A stretch of DNA of 64,000 nt from a virus (IMGVR_UViG_3300019360_000008:18883-82882); one strand, 5' to 3'. Positions 49,933-59,480 are shown, counted from the stretch's first letter. Numbers and translations are program-made. The notes: generated by a model from the sequence alone, not told the origin.

Positions 49933-51679
49933 TGATTTTTCGGCGTGTGGGATAAACAGGAGTTTCGATGATCCTTTCCTGTTGCCTTCAAGCGGCACTA
50001 TGCCGACCAACGTGTTTAATGCGTTGCATTGGTGCCGTTTCCTTTATTTCCTCAATCCCCAGTACAGGCAGGCTAGTGCTCGTGTAGTACGTCACTTCAT
50101 CACGGACTTTGACTACCCGGCGGTCGGTGATCACAGCGAGAAGGAAGAACTGGATGACCTCCTTAAGGATCATCTTCAACTCCCCTTGGCGCTTGCCGAC
50201 ATGGGGGACGAGTGGGCGGCCTACGGTAACGCCTTCTTCCGAATTCACTTCCCGTTTGATCGGTTCCTCGTAGATGCCGAGAACCGCTGCGAGTACTCGC
50301 TGGACATGTTCCGTGACGCCAAATTCACCCTCAAGGACATGACGTACGAGGTCACCAGTCCAAAGGACGGAAAGACAAAAGTGAAGCTGCCGTTCCGCGA
50401 CCGCAAATCAACGGACGTGGCACGCATTCGCATTCGTAAGATCGATCCTCTGTACATGACGATCCGGCACAACATGGTTTCTGGCGCAAACCAGTACATA
50501 TACCGGTTCGAGCAGCAAATCGTGAGCGATGCCCGGAAAGGTAAACGTTTTGTCGTTGATGATCTTCCGCTGCCCATGCTGCAAGCGATCCGGGACGGTA
50601 ATGACTTCATGTTCAACCCGGATCAGATCTTTCACTTCAAGGCCCCGACGATCTCCGGTGTACAGAACGCGGGCTGGGGTCTCCCCAACACGTTCGCTAA
50701 CTACCGCTCGCTGCACCAGCTGCAGGTGTACCGCAAAATAGATGAGGCTATCGGACTAGACTACATGGTTCCGTTCCGCATATTCACGCCGAACATGTCG
50801 GACAAAATTGGTGATGCTGTCAACACGCTTATTCTGAGTCGTTGGACCAAGGAGATTTCCCGCATCATCGACGCGCGTCGCCGCGATAAATTTGCCATTC
50901 ACGCCCTTCCGTTCCCGGTAAACTATCAGGAGCACGGGGCAAATGGAAAGGAACTCACTCCAAAAGACATGATGGAGTTTCAGACTAATTCGATGCTCGA
51001 CGGCATGGGTTACCCTGCCGAGCTTTTCCGCGGTACCCTGCAATATCTGCAGGTACCTACTGCGATGCGCTTGTTTGAGAACTCATTCATGTTCATCAAC
51101 CTCGGGTATACCCAGTTCATTCAATGGGTGGTTCGTCGTGTTCGCAGCTACCTTGGTCAGCCATACGTGAAGGTGGTCATGCAGAAGCCCCAGATGGCTG
51201 ATTCTTTGGAGCGGAAACAAATCCTCCTGCAGCTCATGTCCGCCAACGAAATCTCTCGTGAGACTGGCTTCGACCAGCTCGGTATAGATGATCCGGTAGC
51301 GGAAGCCGTTAAGCGTATGGAAGAGGATCTTGCGATCCAACGTAAGCAGGTCAAATTACAGACTGACTTCCAGCGCGAAATGGAGACTGGTGCAAGTCCT
51401 GCTAGCGAACAGCAAGGTGGGTCGGCTGTCGGTGGAAGTGGACAAGCTGGAGTCAGTCCTCTCGATATTGACCAGCAGGCATCCGATCTGGCACAGTACT
51501 GGCTACAGATTCAATCTGACGGGCAGCGTCGGCAAGCAATGCAGTCTACACGTAATGCCAATCCTCAACTTTACAGCCTGGCCAAGCAGAAAATGGAAGA
51601 AATGCGCCAGCAAGGCGCCTCTGAGGGACGTCAGGCGGTCAACCAAGGTGCTCAACCGGGAGGCGCGCCGGCCCAATGA
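49913..51679 (+). CDS. probable portal protein
   Basis: 588 aa; DEWAAYGNAF, IFHFK and GWG.P are portal-like segments; Gln-rich C-terminus; followed by virion-like genes. Confidence 0.6.
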   Translation: MPSLGNDDFSACGINRSFDDPFLLPSSGTMPTNVFNALHWCRFLYFLNPQYRQASARVVRHFITDFDYPAVGDHSEKEELDDLLKDHLQLPLALADMGDEWAAYGNAFFRIHFPFDRFLVDAENRCEYSLDMFRDAKFTLKDMTYEVTSPKDGKTKVKLPFRDRKSTDVARIRIRKIDPLYMTIRHNMVSGANQYIYRFEQQIVSDARKGKRFVVDDLPLPMLQAIRDGNDFMFNPDQIFHFKAPTISGVQNAGWGLPNTFANYRSLHQLQVYRKIDEAIGLDYMVPFRIFTPNMSDKIGDAVNTLILSRWTKEISRIIDARRRDKFAIHALPFPVNYQEHGANGKELTPKDMMEFQTNSMLDGMGYPAELFRGTLQYLQVPTAMRLFENSFMFINLGYTQFIQWVVRRVRSYLGQPYVKVVMQKPQMADSLERKQILLQLMSANEISRETGFDQLGIDDPVAEAVKRMEEDLAIQRKQVKLQTDFQREMETGASPASEQQGGSAVGGSGQAGVSPLDIDQQASDLAQYWLQIQSDGQRRQAMQSTRNANPQLYSLAKQKMEEMRQQGASEGRQAVNQGAQPGGAPAQ

Positions 51680-51852
51680 AGCGTAATGCAGACGAGCTTG
51701 AAAAAGTCGTCCGACTGCTGAAGAAGCAGCCGCCCGAAAGAAGGGAGCAGTCGCTTAAAGCCATCGAGTCCGTCGACGAACCAAATAACAGGTTGCTGCG
51801 TAACAGACTTAAGGACGAATCCGATAAAGATGCAAAAGAACCCAAGAGTTAA
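51676..51852 (+). CDS. 58-aa charged protein
   Basis: ATGA overlap with the portal stop. Confidence 0.45.
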   Translation: MKRNADELEKVVRLLKKQPPERREQSLKAIESVDEPNNRLLRNRLKDESDKDAKEPKS

Positions 51853-52048
51853 AGAGACGGCGGACATGCTCCGCCGTATGATGCATCCAGGCGGTGGCGA
51901 TTCCAAGCCCAAGGGTCCTAGCGGTCTTCCCAAGGCTGTACACAACCAGAACGCCACGGTAGAAAACTACTACGACGGTGAAGGACTAAACGACCCGGGC
52001 GTTGTAAATGGCGTGACTGGCGTTGGAGCTGGAGCTATCATAAATTGA
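51830..52048 (+). CDS. hypothetical protein
   Basis: 72 aa ORF in operon. Confidence 0.5.
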   Translation: MQKNPRVKETADMLRRMMHPGGGDSKPKGPSGLPKAVHNQNATVENYYDGEGLNDPGVVNGVTGVGAGAIIN

Positions 52049-52049
52049 T

Positions 52050-52790
52050 ATGCCGATACTACAGACACCGGCGGTTCAGTCGCTTATTCATAAGTATATA
52101 GGATCTCAGGTCCCGGGTGTCGGGGTCTCGATTGCTGAGCCGCAGATGCTCGCCATTCCGGGCACCACGGAGGGCTCTCTCGAATATCAGTTAGGCGCCA
52201 AAATCCCACAGCTCCTCCAGGATAAGCAGACGCTCGCTCCGGTCGGTGAATGGATGGACAAGGCGGAGCGCAATCCACTGCGATCTGGCATGCTGGGCGC
52301 GCTAGCTGGTGGGGTCGGAGGCGCGGGCCTTGGTATCCTGCTCGGCAAAGACCCGCAGACTTCTGCGCTTCTGGGCAGTGCCGGACTGGGCGGCGCCAGT
52401 TGGTTGGTCGGCACTTTGCTCAATATGCAGCGTCGACGTTTACGGGATAAGCAGACAGGCAAGCAGGCCAGCTTCTACGGCAACAGTTCTACTGACCCGT
52501 CATCATACATAAGCTCACGGATTGCGCTTGACCCCAAACTCGACTTTAGTGAGAAGACCCAACTGTCTGGTCTGGTGAATCGACTCTCTGACGGCCAGAC
52601 TCAAGAATTGGCCAAGCTGATCCGCGCGGTTGGCGGCGCCGCTATAGGTGCTCTTATTGCTAAGTATTTACTGCGTACTGGGTTAACTGGTACAATACTT
52701 GGCGCCATACTGGGCGGCACAGTGGGCTCCCGCTGGGGTAACAAGTCGATCGATCGCGACGTGTTCGGCAATGCGCGCCTCATTCAGTGA
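52050..52790 (+). CDS. glycine-zipper protein (putative internal virion/ejection protein)
   Basis: Two pairs of GxxxG hydrophobic helices separated by KQAS. Confidence 0.55.
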   Translation: MPILQTPAVQSLIHKYIGSQVPGVGVSIAEPQMLAIPGTTEGSLEYQLGAKIPQLLQDKQTLAPVGEWMDKAERNPLRSGMLGALAGGVGGAGLGILLGKDPQTSALLGSAGLGGASWLVGTLLNMQRRRLRDKQTGKQASFYGNSSTDPSSYISSRIALDPKLDFSEKTQLSGLVNRLSDGQTQELAKLIRAVGGAAIGALIAKYLLRTGLTGTILGAILGGTVGSRWGNKSIDRDVFGNARLIQ

Positions 52791-52834
52791 ACGACACGAT
52801 CGACAACGACATCGGCGGCTGATAAGATTTTGAT

Positions 52835-53404
52835 ATGGACTTTGAAACTCTCGGAATCCAGATGGCTTGCGCCGAACGCGATGTGCGGCCTGACACATTT
52901 TCAACCCTGTCCGGTATCGCCAAAGAGGCAGCCGCGAACCCCGGGCCAACCGGTCGCTTGATCGCCAAGGCTGCCGCGGAAGTCCTTACAGAGTGTGGTC
53001 GTGGCAACACGGCACCCGCTATCCACCTGGCCCTCATCTCCAAGCAGGCCAACTGGGTTCCTCAATTTCAGGATGCCGTGAACATCGTGCTCGACTGCAT
53101 CAAGATGCTGGAGCCGATGCAGAAGTCCGCTTTCAATCTTGGCGACGCCCTTGGGGCCGGAGAGTCCCTGGTGAAGGGTGTTGGATATGGAACGCTGGGT
53201 GCCGGTGTAGGAGCAGGGACGTTATGGTGGTTACTCAGCCGTCATGCCCTACAGTCCGACGTCAAGGAACGGGCGATCCAGGGGAAGATCGATTACTATA
53301 ACCAACTTTCCTCCGAAATAGAGGACCAACTTCGACGACGATATGGATACGCCGATTCCGCTCAGCAACCCTCAGCCCCTCCCAAGCGACGTACCCGCGT
53401 TTAA
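52835..53404 (+). CDS. K-x-A/glycine-zipper putative virion protein
   Basis: KEA, KAA, KQA, KSA followed by a Gly-rich hydrophobic helix. Confidence 0.55.
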   Translation: MDFETLGIQMACAERDVRPDTFSTLSGIAKEAAANPGPTGRLIAKAAAEVLTECGRGNTAPAIHLALISKQANWVPQFQDAVNIVLDCIKMLEPMQKSAFNLGDALGAGESLVKGVGYGTLGAGVGAGTLWWLLSRHALQSDVKERAIQGKIDYYNQLSSEIEDQLRRRYGYADSAQQPSAPPKRRTRV

Positions 53405-53840
53405 GCGGCGCATTCGCAAAATTGCTCAGCTTCCCGAAGATGCTCCTGACCAAGTAGGTGAGGGCGTAGAGCAAGTTTTACCCTCAGACGTTCCGAAGGG
53501 ACGTAAGCGTAAGCGCAGTACCGTTACGGAAGAGGTTGTTCCGAATGTCGTTTCCCTAGACCCGCAGGCCGAATGGGTGGATGCGCCCACTATGGTGGAT
53601 CAGATCAAGGACGAGAGTGCCTGGAAGACCGACCGGCAGGAAGTCAAGGTCTACAATCTGAGTGACGATAAACAACTTGCAGAGTACAATGCGCTGCTGA
53701 CTCGCTGTGCGTCGCCAAGCACGAACTGCTTCGTCATTAGCGAGCAGTCAAAATTCGCGCCTACGCTCGGTACCTGGTCGAGCCTGGTGAAACTGCAGTA
53801 CGTGAAGTACCGCAAGATGCTGAAAATTAAAAAGTCATGA
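53343..53840 (+). CDS. hypothetical protein
   Basis: 165 aa ORF in operon. Confidence 0.6.
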   Translation: MDTPIPLSNPQPLPSDVPAFKRRIRKIAQLPEDAPDQVGEGVEQVLPSDVPKGRKRKRSTVTEEVVPNVVSLDPQAEWVDAPTMVDQIKDESAWKTDRQEVKVYNLSDDKQLAEYNALLTRCASPSTNCFVISEQSKFAPTLGTWSSLVKLQYVKYRKMLKIKKS

Positions 53841-55204
53841 ACACTAAGCAGTCCGCAGTAGATTGGCCCACAGTACTTAAACTTCTGGGGGGCGGAGCCG
53901 CTCTCGGCAGCGGCGTCGGCGCGGCATCGACCCTAGTGAAATACCTGAAGGGTATGCACGATAAAGCCAAGGCCAAAACGGATACCAGCCTCGACGACGA
54001 CATACTATACCTGGACCTTCCGGCGCCGGTCAGCCAACGAGGAGTCAAACGCGCAAATGAAGGTCAGGGATCCCCGGGCACATTGGCCGTTGGTACGCTC
54101 GGCTCCATGCTGGGCGCCTACTTGGCCTATAACGCCGTACGTGGCGCCTATTCGTCAGTCAAGCGCAAGCAATTGCAAGCCGAGCTGGATCGAGCCCAGC
54201 ATGCCTATTTGGGCGGATTACAGAATCAGGCACAGCTAGCCAAGACGGCTTCCCAGTTTTCCGGCATCAATAAGTTGGTGGGTGGAGGTTACCTCGCTGG
54301 TCTTTTGACCATCTTGGGCTCGGCCGTGCTGGCCAATAAGTTACTTCAGAAGCAATTCCCTGATCGCGTTCCTCGTAACCCACTTCAGCCCCGCAAGATC
54401 GTGATCCGCACCATGCGTAATCCTGAAGGTGTGGATAAGGAAGTGCCGGTCGAAGCTCTCGGCAGCTCTCCTGACGCTACTGAAAATTTACTACGGCTCA
54501 GTCTGGCCAACGAGAAGTCGGCCGCCGCTTGGGGCCTCACAGACCTCGTGGCTGCCGCCGCACAAGGTCGTTGCCAAGAGATCAAGCGTGCGTGCGTCGA
54601 GGCCGGCCCTGACGCGGCATTCGAGATTTGCAAAGGCGCGAGCGACCGTGAGTACAATAATCTTCAGGGTAACTTGGCCATCAGCTGGCTGGCTCATGAC
54701 CCAATTATGTCGCAAATGATTGAACCACACCTGGCTGCACAATTCGTGCAGGACAGTCCGACGTTCGCCAAGGCCGCTTCGGCCCTGCTGGATGACCCGA
54801 CGTTCGACCGCGGCATGCTTGAAGACTTGGTGGGGCTCACCGAAGTGGTGAACCGCGAGATCCGGGGGCAGTCGTTCGAACCAGTCATCGAACAGCTCGA
54901 TCGTGTCAAAGTGGCGGCGGCCCATCGAGGTCATCGCTCGATGCTGGGACAGACCCTCGGCGACAAGCTGGTAGTGGCCGATGCGATCTCCAGCCTTCTC
55001 AACCGCGTGAGCGATCAGAATCAAGATGGCGGCCACCAGGGCGGCACCACATCAGCTCCGTCTTCCCGGGACTCTGAGGAGGTCGTCCATAAGTCCAGGC
55101 GAAAGGCTCGTCCGACAACGTTTCGTGTCGAAGACCAGGTGGCCCAAGGATTCTTGGAACAGAACCGCGATTTGATCGATGAAGCTCTCAGCGCGGTGAA
55201 GTGA
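53837..55204 (+). CDS. K-x-A/glycine-zipper putative virion protein
   Basis: 455 aa; three Gly-rich hydrophobic segments; KRA, KTA, KSA, KGA, KAA, KVA. Confidence 0.6.
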   Translation: MNTKQSAVDWPTVLKLLGGGAALGSGVGAASTLVKYLKGMHDKAKAKTDTSLDDDILYLDLPAPVSQRGVKRANEGQGSPGTLAVGTLGSMLGAYLAYNAVRGAYSSVKRKQLQAELDRAQHAYLGGLQNQAQLAKTASQFSGINKLVGGGYLAGLLTILGSAVLANKLLQKQFPDRVPRNPLQPRKIVIRTMRNPEGVDKEVPVEALGSSPDATENLLRLSLANEKSAAAWGLTDLVAAAAQGRCQEIKRACVEAGPDAAFEICKGASDREYNNLQGNLAISWLAHDPIMSQMIEPHLAAQFVQDSPTFAKAASALLDDPTFDRGMLEDLVGLTEVVNREIRGQSFEPVIEQLDRVKVAAAHRGHRSMLGQTLGDKLVVADAISSLLNRVSDQNQDGGHQGGTTSAPSSRDSEEVVHKSRRKARPTTFRVEDQVAQGFLEQNRDLIDEALSAVK

Positions 55205-55269
55205 GCTTGTCAGCTCACTGACTCGTGTCGCATTAAAAGTTTAGCAATTAGCTACTTCTGCATTTACCT

Positions 55270-55299
55270 GCCCGCCGGTTTAAGCGCCGGCGGGTTTTT
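55270..55299 (+). terminator. rho-independent terminator
   Basis: CCCGCCGG/CCGGCGGG stem plus TTTTT. Confidence 0.8.
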
Positions 55300-55303
55300 A
55301 TTT

Positions 55304-55708
55304 ATGGCCAACTACTACACGGAAGCCTCTTCCGAACGTATCGTCCCATGCACGCATGACCAATATCAACGACTTTCAGAAATACTCCAAGACTCCGCTA
55401 ATCAAAGCGAGGACCCTCACGACTTCATGGTCGAATGGATCGAAGCTCATAACGATGACCCTGCCGGTTTGTATCTTCGCAGTGTTGGCGCTGGCTTTGC
55501 TGAGCCTTACCACCTTCCTCTATGTTTTCGCGTTGAGCTCGGCAAACTCCTCACCGAGGCGAACCTCCCGTACCTGACCATTGGGCTTGCCTTCATGTGC
55601 GAGAAGAATCGATTGAATTCCCACGGAGGAGAAACCGTACGCCTGTACCCCAACGGTACCGTTGTCAGTCCGTCCCTGGTATGGCCCATTCAGGTACCGG
55701 ACCCATAA
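55304..55708 (+). CDS. hypothetical protein, distant paralogue of 62910..63332
   Basis: MANYYT..S and C.K.R...GG motifs are shared. Confidence 0.6.
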   Translation: MANYYTEASSERIVPCTHDQYQRLSEILQDSANQSEDPHDFMVEWIEAHNDDPAGLYLRSVGAGFAEPYHLPLCFRVELGKLLTEANLPYLTIGLAFMCEKNRLNSHGGETVRLYPNGTVVSPSLVWPIQVPDP

Positions 55709-55714
55709 TGACTT

Positions 55715-56176
55715 ATGAAATTTGGTACCCCAATTAGCGTCGTCAACAGCAAGGAGACTGGTGATGCTCCTAAGAACAAGTTCAATGTCTCCAAGCGGGA
55801 GGATCGGACGATAGACGGCGTCGTGTTCGACTCCAGGCTGGAGATGAACTGCTACCTGTACCTGAAGGAGCAGGGAATACCATGCGAGCTGCAGCCGTCA
55901 TTCGAGCTGCAGCCCAAATTCGAGCTGAATGGGGTGAAGTATCGGCCGATCTCTTACGTGGCCGACTTCCGCATAACGATTGCCGGGCATACGTACATCG
56001 TGGACGCCAAGGGCATGCGGACTCCGGACTTCAAGATGAAGTTGAAGCTAATGGCCTGCATCCACAAGGTGCAGATCGTCGAGGCTGGCTCGGTCAAGAA
56101 GTTGAGGCTATTCGTCGAGGCCGCCCGCAAGGGGTTTGTTGTTCCTGAAAAGGTCATCGCGCCCCCTACGACATGA
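55715..56176 (+). CDS. DUF1064-family PD-(D/E)XK nuclease-like protein
   Basis: IDGVVFDS.LE, LQP.FEL, YVADF, VDAKG.RT. Confidence 0.85.
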   Translation: MKFGTPISVVNSKETGDAPKNKFNVSKREDRTIDGVVFDSRLEMNCYLYLKEQGIPCELQPSFELQPKFELNGVKYRPISYVADFRITIAGHTYIVDAKGMRTPDFKMKLKLMACIHKVQIVEAGSVKKLRLFVEAARKGFVVPEKVIAPPTT

Positions 56177-56219
56177 GACAGATACAAGTAGCTAGCCAAA
56201 CCATACACCTGACAAACTG

Positions 56220-56615
56220 ATGCAAAATACGATTCTAAATAACCTGATAGCTTTAACCGAGAAGGCGCTTAAGGCTATACCCAAAGCGCTGCGAAAGCGG
56301 AAATGGTATAAAGAGCTCACGCAGGTAGCCCTGGAGGCCCGCGGCGAGTTCGACTTTGTCGATACGCGCGCTGAACTCAAGGCCCGGTACGTAGATTATG
56401 CTCAGGATAACTTGGAGCAAGAGGGCGAGATAGAGTTCGACGACGATGCCGAAGTCTCCCTCAGCGACGACGGCGGCGCCTACGTACAAGCCTGGGTCTG
56501 GGTACCTGCAGGTGGCGCCGGCATGTGCAATGGACAGGACTGTCACGAGCCCCTCGACGACGGGGAAGGATTTGACGGTAAATGCGTCAACTGTATCAGC
56601 AACAGAGCTCGTTAA
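56220..56615 (+). CDS. hypothetical protein
   Basis: EIEFDDDAEVS..DDGGAYVQAWVWV pattern plus C-terminal Cys pairs. Confidence 0.65.
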   Translation: MQNTILNNLIALTEKALKAIPKALRKRKWYKELTQVALEARGEFDFVDTRAELKARYVDYAQDNLEQEGEIEFDDDAEVSLSDDGGAYVQAWVWVPAGGAGMCNGQDCHEPLDDGEGFDGKCVNCISNRAR

Positions 56616-56617
56616 AC

Positions 56618-56682
56618 CGGACAAATCGTCAGCAAATCGTCAGACCAAACGGACAAATCGTCAGACCAAACGGACAAATAGT
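56618..56682. repeat. intergenic iterated repeats (CAAATCGTCAG x3; 21-bp unit x2)
   Basis: CAAATCGTCAG at 56622, 56633 and 56654; CGGACAAAT at 56618, 56650 and 56671. Confidence 0.85.
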
Positions 56683-56713
56683 TAAGTCCGGGAAGCACTT
56701 AGAAATCAGTGAA

Positions 56714-57025
56714 ATGACACGCAAGATACGCTACGAGATCCTGGTGCCGCTACGGTTTAACGATGGATCCCAGGTCCCGTCATACCTTCACGATCGGACT
56801 GTGGACGAGCTCACCAGCATATTCGGCGGCTGCTCCATGCATGCCTGCTCCGAAGGTGTTTGGAAAGATGCAGGCGTCATCTACCGGGATACCAACCGTA
56901 CGATCGTTGTAGACGTCTACGAGTCCATTTGCACCGCGACCTTAAGGGCGATCCAGGACACCCGCAAGGAACGCTACCAGCAGCACAGCATCTATATCGT
57001 CCATTACCCAATCGAAATCCTATGA
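56714..57025 (+). CDS. small hypothetical protein
   Basis: YEILVPLRFNDG...FGG.S...G.W...Q.SIYI pattern. Confidence 0.65.
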   Translation: MTRKIRYEILVPLRFNDGSQVPSYLHDRTVDELTSIFGGCSMHACSEGVWKDAGVIYRDTNRTIVVDVYESICTATLRAIQDTRKERYQQHSIYIVHYPIEIL

Positions 57026-57261
57026 TTGAAGTCGAGATCCGAATCGACGCCGGCGTTGCTTCACCTGTCGAAATACCTGAAGGGGTCAGTCTGACCATCA
57101 AGGACTTCGACGTCGACAGCGACGACCCGTCGACATTATTTGTCAATCCAACCTGCGGTAGTTGGTACCGCCAGGTCCGTTTCACGTCCGAAGGGCAGTT
57201 CAAAGTTACACCTGACCCTTCCCAATCAGCTGCGGCACAACTCGAAACTGAAAATGACTAA
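57022..57261 (+). CDS. hypothetical protein
   Basis: 79 aa with ATGA overlap. Confidence 0.55.
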   Translation: MIEVEIRIDAGVASPVEIPEGVSLTIKDFDVDSDDPSTLFVNPTCGSWYRQVRFTSEGQFKVTPDPSQSAAAQLETEND

Positions 57262-57925
57262 GCATACCTACGGCGACCTCGTCGCACTCATCGATGCCAA
57301 CCTGAGCGACCCTCTGGCCAAGGCCCTCGTCTGGTTCCTTAGCGGTCTTAAAGGTCTGCCTGATGCCCCGGCATCCGGGGCCCTACGGTACCATCACGCC
57401 TACAACGGCGGCCTGATCGATCACATCGTGGACGTGTTCAAGATCGCGGTCGACTTGAATACCACCCGGACCGCCAACAGCCCGGTCCCTCAGATACATC
57501 AAGAAGAGATCTTGTTGGTGGCCGTCCTGCACGACATCCACAAGGTACAAGACGCCAGTGGAAACATTTGCTACGTTCCTAACATATTGAAGTCCGGGAA
57601 GCGCAGCGAGGCCGAGCCGTTCGAGAAATCGGCCCGGTACCTCACTCAGCCGTCGGATACGCCGTCGGCAAGTTCTGTCGAGCGCGAATTCCTCTACCGC
57701 GAGGCTGTGGACCGAATACCCGGCGGCATCAAGAGCCTGGCGCTCATCAAGGCCCTGGCCCCTGATCTCTTCGCTGCCCTGAGCGATGACGTGAAGCTCG
57801 CCATCCGGTATCACGACGGGGCCTACGCGCATAGCAAGTACGAGCTGGCCGGCAAGGAAACGCCGCTCATGATCTTGCTACATTGCGCCGATATGCTCAG
57901 CAGCCGGCTTAACCGACTTAAGTAA
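57254..57925 (+). CDS. HD-domain phosphohydrolase (YhaM-like)
   Basis: APAS...HHAYNGGLIDH, LHDIHK, IRYHDG, LHCAD. Confidence 0.85.
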   Translation: MTKHTYGDLVALIDANLSDPLAKALVWFLSGLKGLPDAPASGALRYHHAYNGGLIDHIVDVFKIAVDLNTTRTANSPVPQIHQEEILLVAVLHDIHKVQDASGNICYVPNILKSGKRSEAEPFEKSARYLTQPSDTPSASSVEREFLYREAVDRIPGGIKSLALIKALAPDLFAALSDDVKLAIRYHDGAYAHSKYELAGKETPLMILLHCADMLSSRLNRLK

Positions 57926-57931
57926 TTCAGT

Positions 57932-58243
57932 ATGTTGACATTCCAACCACATCCACATCCCGAGGCAGCCGCCGAGGGTCTTATGGTCTGCTCCATCGAA
58001 GGCTGTGTCATCGGTGGTGTCGGCAAGACCCAGGAAGAGGCCGTGGGTAACTTCGTCGCGTCGATCAACCGCCGAGAGGCCCTATACCAGATGTCCGTGC
58101 AGGGATGCATGATCGTCGAGAACCGGGCGCCACTGCCGGGCCACGTGCCCAATCAGCCGACTCCTGGCCGGGAGCCCCTGATCCTGCCGGCCGGCGTCAC
58201 CCCGGAGCAGTTTCAACGTATCAAAGAAAACGCCAAGGTATGA
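57932..58243 (+). CDS. hypothetical protein with HicB-like segment
   Basis: IEGC..GVGKTQEEAVGNFVASI. Confidence 0.45.
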   Translation: MLTFQPHPHPEAAAEGLMVCSIEGCVIGGVGKTQEEAVGNFVASINRREALYQMSVQGCMIVENRAPLPGHVPNQPTPGREPLILPAGVTPEQFQRIKENAKV

Positions 58244-58455
58244 GCAAAACCCCGATTAGACGGATCTGGTCAGCTTCGACCCTCGTCCTGCTTGCCGTCA
58301 CGTTCGGCTCCTTGCTGGGCGTCTACTCGGCCTGCAAGCCGCTTCGGTGCCCAACGCCACCAACCGTCAGCCAATGCTCAAATTCCGATGAATCTACCCC
58401 GACTCAAACGACTTCTGGACCACTGCCGACAACGGCCGGGCCTGAAACATTTTGA
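58240..58455 (+). CDS. small secreted/membrane peptide
   Basis: Basic N-terminus then a hydrophobic stretch ending SAC; ATGA overlap. Confidence 0.4.
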   Translation: MSKTPIRRIWSASTLVLLAVTFGSLLGVYSACKPLRCPTPPTVSQCSNSDESTPTQTTSGPLPTTAGPETF

Positions 58456-58843
58456 CTTTAACGTTATCGCTAAATCACACCCATGCGGGACCGCCGGTTG
58501 CCTGCTGGGCGAGATGGCTTACTGCTGGCCCGACCGGTTCAAGCTGGTAATGGCCTGCAGCACCGTCCCGATTGGCGCCCTGGTGCCAATCGGTACCGAT
58601 CACGCTACCATTCGGCACTATAAGTGGGAGACCGTCGTCGAGCGGGCCATCCGGTTGGCCGCCGCTTGGTTCGAGATCGACTATCTGGATGCCAGATGGT
58701 TGTTCATGCCGAACGAGACCTACCGGACCCATCCGAACCTGCCCGACAGTAACTTGAAGACGGACTCCACCCTGGAGGACGTGCTGCTCAACCTAGAAAG
58801 CTACATCAAACGCCATGACCCGGCAAAAAGCCCTAGATCGTAA
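58388..58843 (+). CDS. hypothetical protein
   Basis: FDF....CGTAGCLLG...A.WLF.P pattern common in phage small proteins. Confidence 0.65.
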   Translation: MNLPRLKRLLDHCRQRPGLKHFDFNVIAKSHPCGTAGCLLGEMAYCWPDRFKLVMACSTVPIGALVPIGTDHATIRHYKWETVVERAIRLAAAWFEIDYLDARWLFMPNETYRTHPNLPDSNLKTDSTLEDVLLNLESYIKRHDPAKSPRS

Positions 58844-59231
58844 CTGGACCCACTTCGTAACCGACCAACACCCCAAGTGCATGTTGCCATCCGGACACTG
58901 CACGTATGGCACCCCAGACGGCCAGTGCTGCGGGATCGGCATCTTGTTTAGCCCGGAGCTGCGCGGGACTTTGCAGAATTGCAACATGCCGGTAGATAGG
59001 CTAGAAGGTTTGCTCGCCCGACTGGCACCCCATTGCTTACCGGAGTACCTGCGGCTCGTCCAGGAATGCACCATGCCGTTCCTGCTGGACCTGCAGGCCA
59101 TCCACGACAACATCGTGACCGACCAGGACACGCTGGACCAGTGGCCGGCCCATGTTCAACTACAGCCCTTTCAGTTCATGCTGGCACTGGAGCGGCTGGC
59201 GGCCCGTTGGGGGCTGGTCTGTCCGGGGTAA
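58815..59231 (+). CDS. hypothetical protein
   Basis: C.Y...DG.CC.IG.L...LQAIHD pattern common in phages. Confidence 0.65.
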   Translation: MTRQKALDRNWTHFVTDQHPKCMLPSGHCTYGTPDGQCCGIGILFSPELRGTLQNCNMPVDRLEGLLARLAPHCLPEYLRLVQECTMPFLLDLQAIHDNIVTDQDTLDQWPAHVQLQPFQFMLALERLAARWGLVCPG

Positions 59232-59361
59232 AGGCCACGGGGCCCCGGGGGCCCCAGATCCCACGGGGCCTGCCGGGCCTGCCTGCCCGGTAGCCCGGAT
59301 GGCCAATACGGTCCCGGCGCCATTACGGGATCAAGATGGCGCCGGGCCGGACGGTAAGGTT

Positions 59362-59391
59362 TTGACAAATCTAAATGTTTATCGTTAAAGT
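59362..59391 (+). promoter_or_regulatory. promoter TTGACA-18-TAAAGT
   Basis: AT-rich island after a very GC-rich hairpin region. Confidence 0.55.
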
Positions 59392-59480
59392 TATTACAAC
59401 CACAACAACTTACGCATACTCATCATGGCTCGTGAGGGCTATCTGGTTGCCGTTGGGCGGTTGTCGTGATACAGTGCAAA

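Noticed and set aside
56618-56682. Mini-CRISPR or guide array for the RAMP gene
   Set aside because: Tandem copies with no unique spacers, about 30 kb from the RAMP gene.
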